A stretch of DNA of 64,000 nucleotides from Carcharhinus amblyrhynchos (Eukaryota): NCBI GenBank assembly GCA_965287045.1, contig OZ336883.1, positions 30,752,001-30,816,000 of the forward strand, read 5' to 3'. The notes beneath the pieces are model-generated. The model was not told the DNA's origin. It searched no databases and was given only the letters and a program-made list of their open reading frames with translations. The position numbers and the translations under genes were made by a program. The number at the start of each line of letters is the position of its first letter. The first letter of the stretch is position 1. This document shows positions 12,673 to 24,904 of the stretch, in pieces.

Positions 12673-13127
12673 CATTTTTTAAACAGCCTTGGATGAAACA
12701 AATAATTAAGAGTTGTTGAGCGGTACTGCTTATTCCACAAATTCTCGTTTGCAGCTTTGGGAGATTATGAAAATGATCTTGGAAGTAAAAAAATCTGAAG
12801 TGGTACAAAAAGGTTCAAATTCTCAACCGATTTAAAAGATTGAAAACAACATAATGAAGAGCTTTATGCTGCATTTTACAATATAATTTAAGCACTCTAG
12901 TTCTATCCTTGGTAATATTACTCACATTCGTAATGTTTTTGCCATTTACCATGTGACAAGATTGCATAATGTCTTAATAAAGTTAAATACAGCTCACTAC
13001 AATTCATATTATGAGTTAAAACTAAGGCAATAAAATGTCACCTTCAATAAGTGGTGAGACCCAAATTGCTAAATATTTAAAACAAGAGTAATATTTTAAT
13101 AAACTTGGATTAAAATCAAAGCAGAGC

Positions 13128-14010
13128 ACGAGAACACAAGATGTAGGAGTAGAACTTAGCCTGCTTTGCCATTCAATATGATCATGGCTGAACTTGGGTT
13201 TCTACTTTATTTTCCACTTTATTTTCCTTTCTGCTCCCCATAATTCACCAAGAGGCCAAAAATCTGTCTTTCACAGCCTTAAATGTTTTCAATGATGGAG
13301 CATCCACAACCCTCTGGATAGAGAATTTGAGTGAAGTAGTTTCTCCTCATCCCAGCCTGAAATAATTGGCTGCTTATCTTGGAACTGCGCTCTCTTCCCC
13401 TGCCTTGTTTTAGGCACACCAACCAGTGGAAACAATCTCTCAGCGTCTCCTCATCAAATCCCCGCAAGAGTTTTGTATTTTCAAAGAGATCTTCTTTCAT
13501 TCTTCTGAATACTAGAGAACATAAGCCCAATTTACTAAGCCTTTCATCATACAACATCATCTTCATCCCAGGCACCAATCGAGTGAACTTTTATGATGTC
13601 GCCTCCAATGCAAGTACACATCCTTATATAACCGAACCTGCACACAGTATGCCAGATATGGTTTCACCAAAATCCTTTACAACTGTAGAAAGGCCCCTTT
13701 ATTCCTGTGCCCCAATTCACTTGCAATAAAAGCCAACATGCCATGTGCCTTCCTAACTGCTAACTTTTTTTGAACATCAACATTTACAAATTTCAAACCT
13801 TTTAAAAAATATTCTGCTTTTCTATTCTTATAAACTAAGTGAACAACTTAACACACTACATTGAAATCCATCTACCATCACGTTGCCCTATTACTTAACC
13901 TATTGCAGCTTCCTCCCCACTGCTCATATTCTCACCTACCTTGATATCATCAGCAACTTTCATACTTGGCTCTCTAATCTCTTCACCCAAGTCATTAATA
14001 TAGAATGTAG
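13128..14010 (-). mobile_element. CR1 LINE 3' portion (continues at about 14590-14655 after the LTR insertion)
   Basis: ORF 13279..13578 (YDERLSKLGLCSLVFRRMKEDL) is CR1 ORF2 C-terminus; CR1 tail at 13128-13190. Confidence 0.88.
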
Positions 14011-14585
14011 TGTTGTGGGAAATTCACCACTTCGGAGTCAGACTTGGAGGTCAAACAAAAGTTTTATTCAGACAAAGCTTTGGGAGAAGCGCTGGTACTC
14101 CGCACTACTGCCAGCCACCTTCTCAACTACACAATGGCAGTTGAGCATCTTTTATATATTTTTAGATAATAGACAGTACGGACATTAGTTGTTAGCACAT
14201 CGTCACAAGTTGAGTAGACAGATACAGACATCGACAGTTAACAAACCATTATAAGTAGACAGGTACGGACATCAATAGTTGCACATAGGGTGGATACATT
14301 TATGCAGTTATGTCCTCTATCAATGACTGGTTTTGTTATATACATTTAAGCCCTCATCAGTGGCTGATCTCGTTATCAAATTCATTGTTCTAGATCTGCT
14401 CTTATCTCAAGTTTTAAGATGCCGCAAGGTCTGACCAGTTTCCTGCAGCGATTTAAACACTACAGGTTTAACTCTTTGTGCAAATGTCTCTGCCCAAAGT
14501 CAGTGCCTCTTAATATCCCTTCCCAGAGTCCACTGCGTGCGCCAGGTAACCATATTGTGTCCATCACTTCCATTTCATCCTAACA
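14011..14585 (-). mobile_element. Solo LTR (575 bp) nested in CR1
   Basis: TGTT...AACA termini, imperfect 4-bp TSD gtag/gcag, minus-strand TATAAAA (14150-14156) and AATAAA (14063-14068), three internal agacag..acggacat-like repeats; CR1 resumes after it. Confidence 0.75.
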
Positions 14586-14659
14586 GCAGGTAGCTAAGGC
14601 TCCAACTCAAATTATTGCAGCACTCTAGTATTCACTGCTTGGCAACCTGAAAAAGTAGC

Positions 14660-15325
14660 AGTCCCCAAGGTTTAACCATCTTCAGCTGCTTATCAAGTAC
14701 CTTCCCTCCATCATGAGGTGAGAAGTTGGGATTGTCGCAGATGATTGCACAATGTTAATCACTATTTATAGCCCCTCAAATACTTAAGTAGTTCATGTCC
14801 AAATACACGAAGATCTGGAAAGTATCTAGGGTTGGGCTGACAAGTGGCAAATAACATTCGCTCAACACAAATGCCAGGCAATGAGTGCAGCTCCACCAAC
14901 ACCGAAAAGGCTCAACACCATCCAAGACAAAGCAGCCCATTTGATTGGTATCCCTTCCACAAATATTCACTCCCTCCACCACCAACAGTGGAAGCAGTGT
15001 ATACCATCTGCAAGCACACTGCAGGAATTCATCAACGCTCCTTAGCATCTTGCAAACTCGTGACCACAAGCATCTAGAAAGCAAGGGCAGAGAAACCCAA
15101 GAGCAATACTACTTGGAAGTTATTCTTCAAGTCACTCACCATCCTGACTTGAAAATATATTCCTTCATTGTCATTGGGACAAAACCTCCCTAACAACATT
15201 GTAGGTGCACCAGGGATTGCAGCAGTTCAAGGCAGTTCACCACCACCTTCCCAAGGTCAACTAAAGATGGGCAATAAATGCTGACCTAACCAGTGATGTT
15301 CACATCCAGGAAGTGAAAAGAAATG
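14660..15325 (+). mobile_element. LINE 3' portion (CR1/L2-group, tail gggcaataaatgctg...cacatcc)
   Basis: Decayed RT motifs (ttcagctgc, cttccctccatcatgagg, gcagatgattgcaca = ADDCT); tail shared with 25228-25520, 32495-32760 (-), 34680-34790 (-) and 59520-59580. Confidence 0.75.
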
Positions 15326-16671
15326 AAGAATCAATTTTGTAATCAATGAAGTTCAAATGAATAATTAAGGCTAGATACTTTGCAAGGTAAAGTATACTCC
15401 AAAAGGTAATATTATTTTGTGTTCTCGTGTCTGAGGGCAATGTATTGCTGTCTTTCTGCTCTTCTGTCCACTCTCAAACTCGAAATAGCACATCCATCAA
15501 CATAAATATGAAAAACTTCATACCGTAAAAATGACACAGCAATTTCCACTAGAATATGCATCATTGAATTATGCTGAGATTTAATTGCAAAAGCTCAAAC
15601 AACTTGATGCCTGGTTATTTATAAAGATTATCTAGTAGATCGTTCGGTAATTTTTTTTTAAGTGATTAAGCTGTAGCCTACTACGGTATGATTTGATATT
15701 TGAATATTTAAATGTTAGTACTTAAAAGCGGCATGGTGCAGAGATTAATAAAGAAGTAATAGCTAGACAAATTAGAGTTAGCCAGAATACTGTTTACTTG
15801 CAAAACTCTCATATTTGGAGAGAACTAAACAAACAATAATGATCTTGTGTAAATCAAACTCTTCGTTACATTAGCTTCCTCTCAATGATGCTGCCATGTT
15901 CACTGCCTTCCCGTAACAGTTCTTTTGTACTGGAGTATATTGATCAGATGAGAGCTTGGTCAGAATTTAATTGATCTTTTGTAAATTTACAGGCCAGGAT
16001 TTTACAGCCCCTCCCTGCCAGGGATGTCCCTTTGAAGTAAATGGCAATTTAAATGGCTCATTGTATCTGCCAGAGAGAGATATGCCAGACAGGGCCATGA
16101 AAGCCTGGCCATGGTCTTGCTTTCCATTGGTCATTACTGTTTGAATTCTAATTCTAGGAAGGAATAATGGTGTGAAAGATATCCCGAAACACTGAGGGAC
16201 ACATGTCAACTGTTGTCCTTAACATTATAAAATGAAGCTAGAAGAATTGGGAAAAATGCATTTATGATTTCTTCAGAAATATATCCAACTATTCAACTGA
16301 GTTGAAATTAAGAGGCCATCATTTATGTTTGTCGATCAATACAGGTGTTAGTTGTAGTATCTGGAATCAAGTTTGCAGTGGTTTAAATTTTGAAAATCTT
16401 TTTTCCACAGTAACGATTTTTTTTAAAGATAAGCTTGCTTACTATCACTTTCAATTGTAATGCTTGTCTGATGAGGACCACATTAGTGAACAGTTCAATT
16501 TATTTCCTCTGTTTCAGAGCTCTGATGCAGCATATGAAGATAGAAAAGAGAAAAAAGATCTAAAGCTCAATAGTAAAACACAGATACGATGTGACTATGT
16601 GAAACAATAGTCAAATGGAAATGAACAGTCTGAGGAACTGCAGTAAGAAAGATAGTATACTGAATGAGAAA

Positions 16672-16745
16672 CCCGGGCGGCGGCGGCGGCGGCGGGGGGA
16701 GGGGGAGGAGATAAGAGAGAGAGGAGGAGGAAGGAGGAGGAGAGA
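16672..16745. repeat. (GGC)6 microsatellite followed by G/GA-rich low-complexity tract
   Basis: ggc x6 at 16676-16693, then gggggga gggggaggag ... gaggaggagg aaggaggagg. Confidence 0.9.
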
Positions 16746-17262
16746 TCTCTTTCCACTTCTATCCAGTCAAACATCTCCAACATCCTCACATAATTACTTC
16801 TGCTGTGTTCAGTTCTTTGATATGGCACCAAAACAAAGTAGATTTCTTACAGGATGAAAACGCACGCACTAAATGCTTTGCACGCTTGCCAATGTTAAGA
16901 ATTCAAATTGTCAAACAGCTGAGGAAAGCTATATTTGACAAGTTGAAAAACAAATCAATTAACAAATGACAATTGGCAGCAGGCTGATTATTCTATCCTT
17001 TCATTGTTCCTCCATTTACTGTGCTCCTTTTGCTTTTTTTAAAAAATACTTTTGGTGCTTTTTCCTCACCCAGTGACTGTTTTGTCCTTTCAGGACTTAT
17101 TATTGAATGAGAGATCAAGAAATAGTTTCTGACAAGTGTCAAATTAATACATACGGATTACTACTTGTAATGTAGAGATCAGTATTTTCTAAACATTTGA
17201 GTGCTCAGGTCTAATGTAAAGTGGGACTATGAATATATTCTTTTAGTTTGTTGGTGACTTAC

Positions 17263-17505
17263 CTCCTTTCTGGTCCTCTCTGCTTTCCTGATTTCTTGAC
17301 GCATTGTCTCAATCTTCTGCATAGCCACTTCCAACTCTTCCTCTTTGTCACGAAGATGTCGGGATAACTTTTGTTTCTGTGAGCGCAACTCTGCCATCCG
17401 TTCATTGAGTTCAGAGAACTCCTGCATTGCAATTTTTCTCTGCTGATGTGCATCCTTTAATTCCTTGGTTTGGGATTTTTGTCTTTCAAGGGTTTCAACA
17501 AGTTG
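17263..17505 (-). CDS. CDC42BPB: MRCK-beta exon 13 (243 nt): [57 protein letters not shown]...ERTRKE
   Basis: Overlaps ORF 17227..17427; gacag acceptor, GTAAG donor; KELK motif. Confidence 0.96.
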
Positions 17506-17959
17506 CTGTCAAATTTATGGGTCAAAAAGACATTACATTAATACTAAAAATAAATTTGCAGAATTTGCTACAACTCAAGTGGTATGAAACTACAGATTCC
17601 AATTTCAAACTGGCACCTGTCAAACTGAATGAAGTTCAGTGACAAAACAGCACTATGCATGCTCCAGTCCCACATGTGGTTAACTTTTAATATTAGAAAA
17701 GTGCTGACAAAAAGATATTCTCTCATAGTCTTCTCGAGATCAAGATTTCTCAAACTTTGAGCTGTGGAACCCCTAGTGACCTTCCAAGTGCATCAGGGAA
17801 CCCCAAGCATTCTCACTATCAATACTCCTTTTTCACCACAAAATATGTGAGAACGCAGAAATCAAATGTAAACAAGTCTTTTCTAGCTAGATCTATGCAC
17901 ATAATAGGAATTAGGAAGAGGCACACAGAGACACACGCTTCCTACACACACATCCACAC

Positions 17960-18220
17960 ACTTCAATTTCCTTGTAATTTTTTTCCTTTACATTCTTTCT
18001 ACTAGTTGGTGACCTATAGACTATACTGAGCAATGTAGTTGCTCCTTTTTTGTTCCTTAGCTCAAGCCAAATAGATTCTGTCCTTGATCCTTTTGGGATA
18101 TCCTCTCTCAAGCACTGCAATGCTCTCCTCAATCAATATTGTCATTCCTCCCACTTTTCATCTTTTCCTGAACACCTTGTATCTAGGAATATTTAACACT
18201 CAATCCTGCCCTTCTTTGAG
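17960..18220 (-). mobile_element. CR1 ORF2 endonuclease-domain fragment
   Basis: ORF 17911..18132 contains LREDIPKGSRTESIWLELRNKKGATTLLSIVYRSPTS, a typical CR1 APE-domain segment. Confidence 0.8.
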
Positions 18221-18781
18221 CCTGATGGTAAGTTAGCTGGCCTACAAATCTACGCTTTCTCAATGTGGATTTGTGTTGGATTGCTGTTGCTTTGTGTTAA
18301 TGTCACCGTTCGCCTGGATGTTCCTGCATAACTCCCATATTAAGCCTGTGCGGTTAAGGTAAGGAGCAGGAAATCTTGGGAGGGGGATTAAAGGTCTCAA
18401 ATTGTTTCCGATAACAAAATTTTGCATAACGTCACATTTTCTGGGAATCAAACAACAACGTTAAGCACTGGCTTCCAGACATTAAAATTAACATTATAAT
18501 TTGCATATCTGAAATGTTACACATTAACAGGTTCTGACTAACTTGCTGCATATTTCAAGCAATTTATATATTTTACGACATTTTAAGGATTTGCGTGATT
18601 TATGATGCCATAGGAATACATTTAACATTACTGCAATGTTGTTCCATTGCCTGACTTCTTGAGCTAGTTATGTGTCAATAATGAATTTTAAAAACACTTC
18701 TGATTGTAGTAATACTCCTTTTTTTAAAATCATAACCAAGGTCTGTTTGCAATAATCAAAATTAGAATTTTACTTGTGTAC

Positions 18782-18915
18782 CTTGTGATTTTCTTCTTTT
18801 TCTTGCTTAAGTGCTTTAATCTGTTTTTCAAGTGCTTTTACTTTGTTTGTAGTTTCTTCAAAGTCCTGGCGGAGCGACACTGCATTTTCAAGTTGATGTT
18901 CCAATCGGTCCGATT
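18782..18915 (-). CDS. CDC42BPB: MRCK-beta exon 12 (134 nt): ESDRLEHQLENAVSLRQDFEETTNKVKALEKQIKALKQEKEENHK
   Basis: cttag acceptor, GTACAC donor; KELK-region coiled coil; phase 1-0. Confidence 0.93.
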
Positions 18916-19127
18916 CTAAGAACAATGCATAAAAGCCAAAAGTCTATAACTGAAATGTACTTTTGAATGGGCAGTTAAACGAGTATTCAAAGCCTTTTTG
19001 ATCACTTCTGTCTGTAGTGTCATCACAATAGCTGAATATTACAAATTCATACACGCTGTTTTCCAGTGTTCCGTGCAGAAATAAGCAATGGCATTTCTCT
19101 GGGCAGATTTGTTAACAATGACACTAC

Positions 19128-19462
19128 TTTGATTTGATTTATTATCACGTGTTAGCATACACGGAAAAGTACTGTTTCTTGCGCTATACAGACAAAGCAT
19201 ACCGTTCATAGAGAAGGAAAGGAGAGGGTGTAAAATGTAGAGTTACAGTCATAGGTAGGGTGCAGAGATGGTACGTGATCTCAGAGTTTTGTATCTTTTT
19301 CCTGATGGAAGAAGGTGGAAAAGAGAATGTCGGGGGTGCGCGGGGTCCTTGATTATGCTGGCTGCTTTTCCGAGGCAGTGGGAAGGGTAGAAGGGAACTC
19401 AGAGTCAATAGATAGGAGACTGGTTTGCGTGATGGACTGGGCTTCATTCACAACCTTTTGCA
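19128..19462 (-). mobile_element. LINE 3' end with aataaa(tcaaa)n tail (Rex1/Babar- or L2-like)
   Basis: tttgatttgatttattatcacgtg tail on +, followed by a GC-richer decayed body; clade assignment from recall only. Confidence 0.45.
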
Positions 19463-20010
19463 GTTGAATCTACTTTGCATTCATATCATGCACACCTGAT
19501 GAAAATTAATTTTATTGTTCTATCAAGGTATCAGCATTGTATTCAATTTCAAAATATTGATCAAGTTAGAAAAAGTGTATCAGATTCAAGTAGAGTCCTA
19601 TGACTTAATGAAGTCTGTCTAAGAACCTTTTTTTATGCAATCACAAACTAATTAAGATACCTGTGAATAGCAAAAGATATGAACGTTACTGTACTTGACA
19701 ATTTTACAAATGGGAGTCCAAACCAGTTCTGACATATGGCACATTTGAGTTTAAAGAATTAATCAATTTGCAGTTGACCTGTCACATCATCTGAAAAGAT
19801 ATTAATTCCTTAGCATGCGCTGAAGCATATATGGTGAGACGATAGGATTAAATTTTATCAAAAACTCTCCAGATTTACACATATTTGGCAAGCTTTGTCG
19901 ATGCACGTAATGTTCTAAAGATGCATGGTGTCAGAAAAAGGTAATAGCAAAAAGTATCTCAGTACCGGGATTTTTTAGGAAGGTGGGATTTTTAGACACT
20001 TTAAATAAAA

Positions 20011-20315
20011 GTGGACAGCACAGTGGTTATCACTGCTGCCTCACAACGCCAGGGATCCGGGTTCAATTCCTCGAGTCACTGTCTGCGTGGAGTTTGCACA
20101 TTCTCCCCATGTCTGCCTGTGTGTGCCGATTTCCTCTCACAATCCAAAGATGCTCTGATTAGGTTGATTGGTCATGTTAAATTAACCCAAGTGTCAGAGG
20201 GATTAGTGGGGTAAATATTAGGGTTTACGAGAATAGGGCCTGGGTGGGGTGGTGGTCAGTGCAGACTTGATGGGCTGAATGGCCTCCTCCTGCATTATAG
20301 GGATGCTATGATTCA
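20011..20315 (+). mobile_element. HE1-type V-SINE (tRNA-derived)
   Basis: A box cagtggttatcactg, B box gggttcaattcc, V-domain gtggagtttgcacattctccc, CR1-like tail gatgggctgaatggcctcct. Confidence 0.9.
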
Positions 20316-20344
20316 TATTAATAACAATCTCCGAAGAGCTAAAT

Positions 20345-20686
20345 ATCATAGAAACCATGGCATTCTTACAGTGCAAAAGGAGGCCATTCGGCCCACATAA
20401 ATCTGCACCAACTCACCGAAAAAGCATCTTACCCAATCCCACTGACACAATGCATTTGCCATGGTTAATCCACCCAACTAACCCACATGTCTTTGGACAT
20501 TACTAAGTTAGCATGGCCAATCCACCTAACCCACACGTTTGGACTGATAGAGAAAACCAGAATACCCGGAGGAAACCCGTGCAGGCAGTGGGAGAATGCA
20601 CAAACTCCACACGTATAGTCACCCAAGGTTGGAATCAAACCCGGGTCCCTGGCGTTGTGATGCATCAGTGCTAACCACTGTGCCGC
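20345..20686 (-). mobile_element. HE1-type V-SINE, inverted relative to the adjacent copy
   Basis: Reverse complement reads gcggcacagtggttagcactg...gggtttgattcc...gtggagtttgtgcattctccc; tail ggccgaatggcctcct. Confidence 0.9.
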
Positions 20687-22347
20687 TCAGATTCTTCCAA
20701 GAAGCATAAATCTACTTAACTGGATATTACAGACACAAGGGATTCAGGTATATTAGATGACACTAACTCAAAAAGAGTAGGAAGCCCAGTTTTGTAATGC
20801 TCCTTTAATGCACCAGCTTTTGGAAGCACTGGTCTCTGGAATTTTTATTGACAAAGTGTGCCTTGGCTGTGAAACAAACATCAAATAATCCATGAACTTG
20901 ATTTGAAATGCATGTTGTACTCAATTCAAAAAAAACTTAACTTATACTTCTAGTTTTAGTAGTTTACTCAGAATAAGAGCAAGGGACAGCATGGGAATCA
21001 CTAAATTGTAATTTCTTTAACTAAATTTTGATACAACAGCAATGTTTAATATAGGGGTGGAGTAGGATTGTGAAGAGTTAAAGATCATGGAATAACCAGA
21101 AGTACTTTTGCAACAGAAATTGATTATATGTGATAATGCTCAAAGGACTGAGTGAAGAAGACTTTCTTTAAAAAGACAGAAAGATTTACCCCAGTAAAGC
21201 AGGGAAATCCTATAAGAGTCAGGAAGAGCTTTGGACTTTATACTCAAGACTACAGGCAGGCAGCTGTTTTAATGAGCATTCATGAGATTCAAATAAATGC
21301 AAATTGCAATCATGCCACCAGCCAACAGGAAGGCCAACCTGCCATTGGGAGAATTACAACGTGGTTTTACACCGGGGGGTTTCTGATAGATTCTCCACTC
21401 CTGCCTGCCAGGGACTGGATGGGAGAATTTCACCATATGAATCTATGGAGAGAGTGCAGTGTGATGCATAAATGCACTGTGGGGTTTTCAGTTGCTGACT
21501 ATGGTTGCTGTTTAAGTATATGTTGATTTCATTGCGTTTGTTACATTAAATGTTGTAATGAGATCCTTTGAGTCGGAAGTTGGGAAATTCAAATTTCTTT
21601 TTAAAAGCGATTTGTGGGGATTCTAATAAACTTCATTAATTTAGATGTAGTAGCAAAATCTGCTTTCAGGATCCCTGGAACTTTACCTTCATTGAGCATG
21701 AAATCATTGGCTGAGCTCACAGCAGGAAGATTATCCTGTTGCAGATCATTTAAGTAAAGCATATGAGCCTCTGGCTCATACATAAAATGTACTTTGTCCT
21801 TAGGTCTGTCATTCGTGTGATTAATAGAATAAACTTTAAGTACTCCTTTCCAAAACAAAATACACAGTTTGCTTCCCCTACACCAGTTGTTTCCGTCATG
21901 TGTGAACCTGCAACTCCAGTGGGAAAGAGGGACGCAAATGCCTGCTAACCAGGTGCATCCTGAGCAATGAGGATCAACTTCATTTCCAGAACATTAGCAA
22001 ATTTGAAATGTAATTCCCATTTATCACATTTATGCCTTAAAATGGGTTGAATAGTCCTGAACAAATCTTGAATCTAACCCACTCTTTGATGGGCAAAATC
22101 TGTCCACACAATTGGCTATCAAGCCACCTTTTTAGAAAAAAACATTCCTCAATCTGAATATTAGTTTCTTGGATTTTGATTGAAGCTCATTTCCTGCACC
22201 TGGATACACCAAGGAATACATGGCAAAGGAAATGGAAAGGCTTTCTCCGTACCTTGGATTTGAGAAAAAAAAATTAGCAGATAATCCAATGAAGAAATGA
22301 GGAATGTTTCTTTGGTGATGATCTGAAATTCACCACCTGAGCGGATC

Positions 22348-23710
22348 ATGAAATAAGAAATAACAGGAGGATGTTATTCAGCTCATGGAGCCTGCTCTGC
22401 CATTCTGTAAGATCATGACTGGTCGGATTGTGGCCCTCAATCCACTTTCCTGCCTCTCCCCAAGAATCCTCAACTTCTTTGTTGATAAATCTAATTCAGC
22501 TTTGAACATATTCAATGACCCAGCCTCTACTGCTATTTAGAAGAGAATTCCAAAGGCCAATGAGCCTGGCAGAAGAAATTCTTCACCGTACTTGAATGGG
22601 AGATCCTTCATTTTTAAAACCGCGTGCCCTAGTTCTCGATTCCCCACAAGATGAAATAGCCTCTCAGGATCTACCCTGTCAAGCCCACACAGGATTTTGT
22701 AGGGTTCAATAAGATTACTCCTCTCTTCTAAACTCCAATGAATGCAAGGCCAATCTACTCAACTTTTCCTCATTAGGAAACCCTTTCATCCCAGAAATCA
22801 ACCCTGTGGACCTTCTCTGAACTGCTATATATACCCCAAAAAGGAGACCAAAATTGTACACAGTATCCCATGTGGTCTCACTAATGATCTATACAGTTGT
22901 AGCAATATTCCCCTACTTTTATCCTCTATCCCCCTTGCAATATAGGTCAACATTTCATTTGCCATCTGAAGTACCTACATGCTGACATTTTGTAATTCCA
23001 GTACAAAGGCAGCCAGGTTCCAGTGTACTGCAGAATTCTGTAGTTTCTCTCCATTTAAATAATATCCGGCTTTTCTATTCTTTCCACCAAAGTGGACAAC
23101 CTCACATTTTCCCACATTATACTCCACATCTGCCAAATTTGTGTCCACTTGCTTAACCTATCTATATCGCTTTGCAGACACTTGGTATCCTCCTCGAGTT
23201 CTTTTCTATTTGGCTGCGACACAGTCAATTCCATCATCAAAGTCATTAATATGGACCATAAACAGTTGGGACCCTAACACTGATCCATGACACTCCACTA
23301 GTTAGTCAAGCTAAAAATGATCCATTTACCCCAACACTGTTCCCTGATAGCCAATCCTCTACCTGTGCCAGTATATCACCCCCCAAAACCATGAGTTATT
23401 AGCTTGTGCGGTAATCTTCTGTTTGACACTATCAACTACTTTTTATCAAATCCAAATTCACAATGTTTGCTGGCTCCCTGCTATTCTCCCATGCTTGTTA
23501 CATCCTCAAAGACCTTGAAGAAATTTGTCAAACACAATTTCCTTTTACAAAACCATGCTGAATCTGCCTGTTTGCATTATCTTCCACATCCTCTGTTACC
23601 ACCTGAATAATGGATTTCAGCAATTTCCAAAGACAGATGTTAAACTGTCTGATTTATATGGGTTTCTTTCTCCCTCCTTCTTAAAGCGCATTTTACATTT
23701 GTTTTTCCAT
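22348..23710 (-). mobile_element. CR1 LINE 3' portion, decayed
   Basis: CR1 tail at 22348-22420; ORF 23055..23246 (LQSDIDRLSKWTQIWQM) is RT thumb region. A plus-strand CR1 tail follows at about 23712-23970. Confidence 0.85.
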
Positions 23711-24721
23711 TAAAAGGGTGGAAAAAGCAGATTCAATAATATCAAAAGGAAATTGGATATATTTGAAAGAGAGCAATGTGCAAGGTATAAAAGTAAAATG
23801 TAAAGTCTTCATAGTCCTAGATGACCATGTGCTGAGGGGGAGAGCTGATGGTGATTTGACTGAGGATCGCCACACCTCAGGCAATGGGAAAGACTATGGA
23901 GATAGTGTAGAGGAGTGGGGCTACTGGATAGTTCCTACAAAGAGCCGACACAGGCATGATAAACTGAATGGGCAGCAAAATTCCAACTCTGACTTCCCTG
24001 GCTGCAGCTGATGTGAACCAACTTTGGCTTTTACAAATGGAACATAAAGGCTTTAGAGAGGATGGCACTTGAAAACCTGGAAATTCATCACCTGAGAAAC
24101 TAGCTGAGTCATGACCTGAGGCTTACAGATTGAATGATGTGCATGTTAAGTAAAACAGATTCTCATTCCTTGTAGTTATTAATTTCAATAAGATATTAAC
24201 AAAAGAAGAGTCAAGGCAAATGGCCATTGTCCAAAATGTTGGATGCCAAGGTTGAAAACAGTCAGACAAAATGTAGTGGGGTAATTGGAATCAGGTGGTC
24301 ATTGGTGAATTCTCAAAAGAATACGGCCAACCAGAGATGGCAGCTCTAGATGCAAGGCTATATAATATTAACCTGCTTAGAAGTTCATTGTGCCTAGATG
24401 AAGATTTTGGAAAGGATCACAATAATAATGAATGGTTATGCAAATGGCTAAGAGCAAAGTGGAGGAGAAATGTATTATGGACAAGAGGAACAGTTATGCT
24501 GAAAACATGGTGATGATCAATAGTTAGAAGATGACATTCAAGGTAATGAATAATTTGAGAGTTGATATTAGCTTCCATCAGTTCAGGTTTTATTGGTTTA
24601 ATGGCAATAGCCTGATAGGTTAAACACAATCACCTTTATTAGAGACAGAAGTACAACAAATAAGTCTGCAAGGAAAGTTGTGGCATGAGTGCAAGAAGCC
24701 AAAATATGACAAAAAATGTAC

Positions 24722-24841
24722 CTGCTAATTTTTTTCTGAGTTTCTCCATTTCTTCATTTAATTTCTTGATTTCCTTATCTCTGCTGCCAGTTCCCATTCC
24801 ACGTGTTGAACTATGAAGTGACTGTACTGTCTGTGTAGATT
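24722..24841 (-). CDS. CDC42BPB: MRCK-beta exon 11 (120 nt): [40 protein letters not shown]
   Basis: Within ORF 24639..24857; tttag acceptor, GTACAT donor; phase 1-1. Confidence 0.94.
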
Positions 24842-24904
24842 CTAAACAAGAGTTCAAATATATAAAAGTAAATTAGATATTACACAGGACTGAAGTCAAA
24901 TCAG

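Noticed and set aside
14170-14290. Spaced direct repeats resembling a CRISPR array
   Set aside because: Only three degenerate units, inside an LTR U3 region in a vertebrate intron, with no cas genes.
20011-20095. tRNA genes at HE1 heads (A and B boxes)
   Set aside because: They run directly into SINE bodies and I see no complete cloverleaf; these are tRNA-derived SINE heads.
18780-24722. GTAC donors of exons 11 and 12 (and exon 18) as U12-type or unusual introns
   Set aside because: They are ordinary weaker GT-AG U2 donors and lack the U12 GTATCCTT signature.
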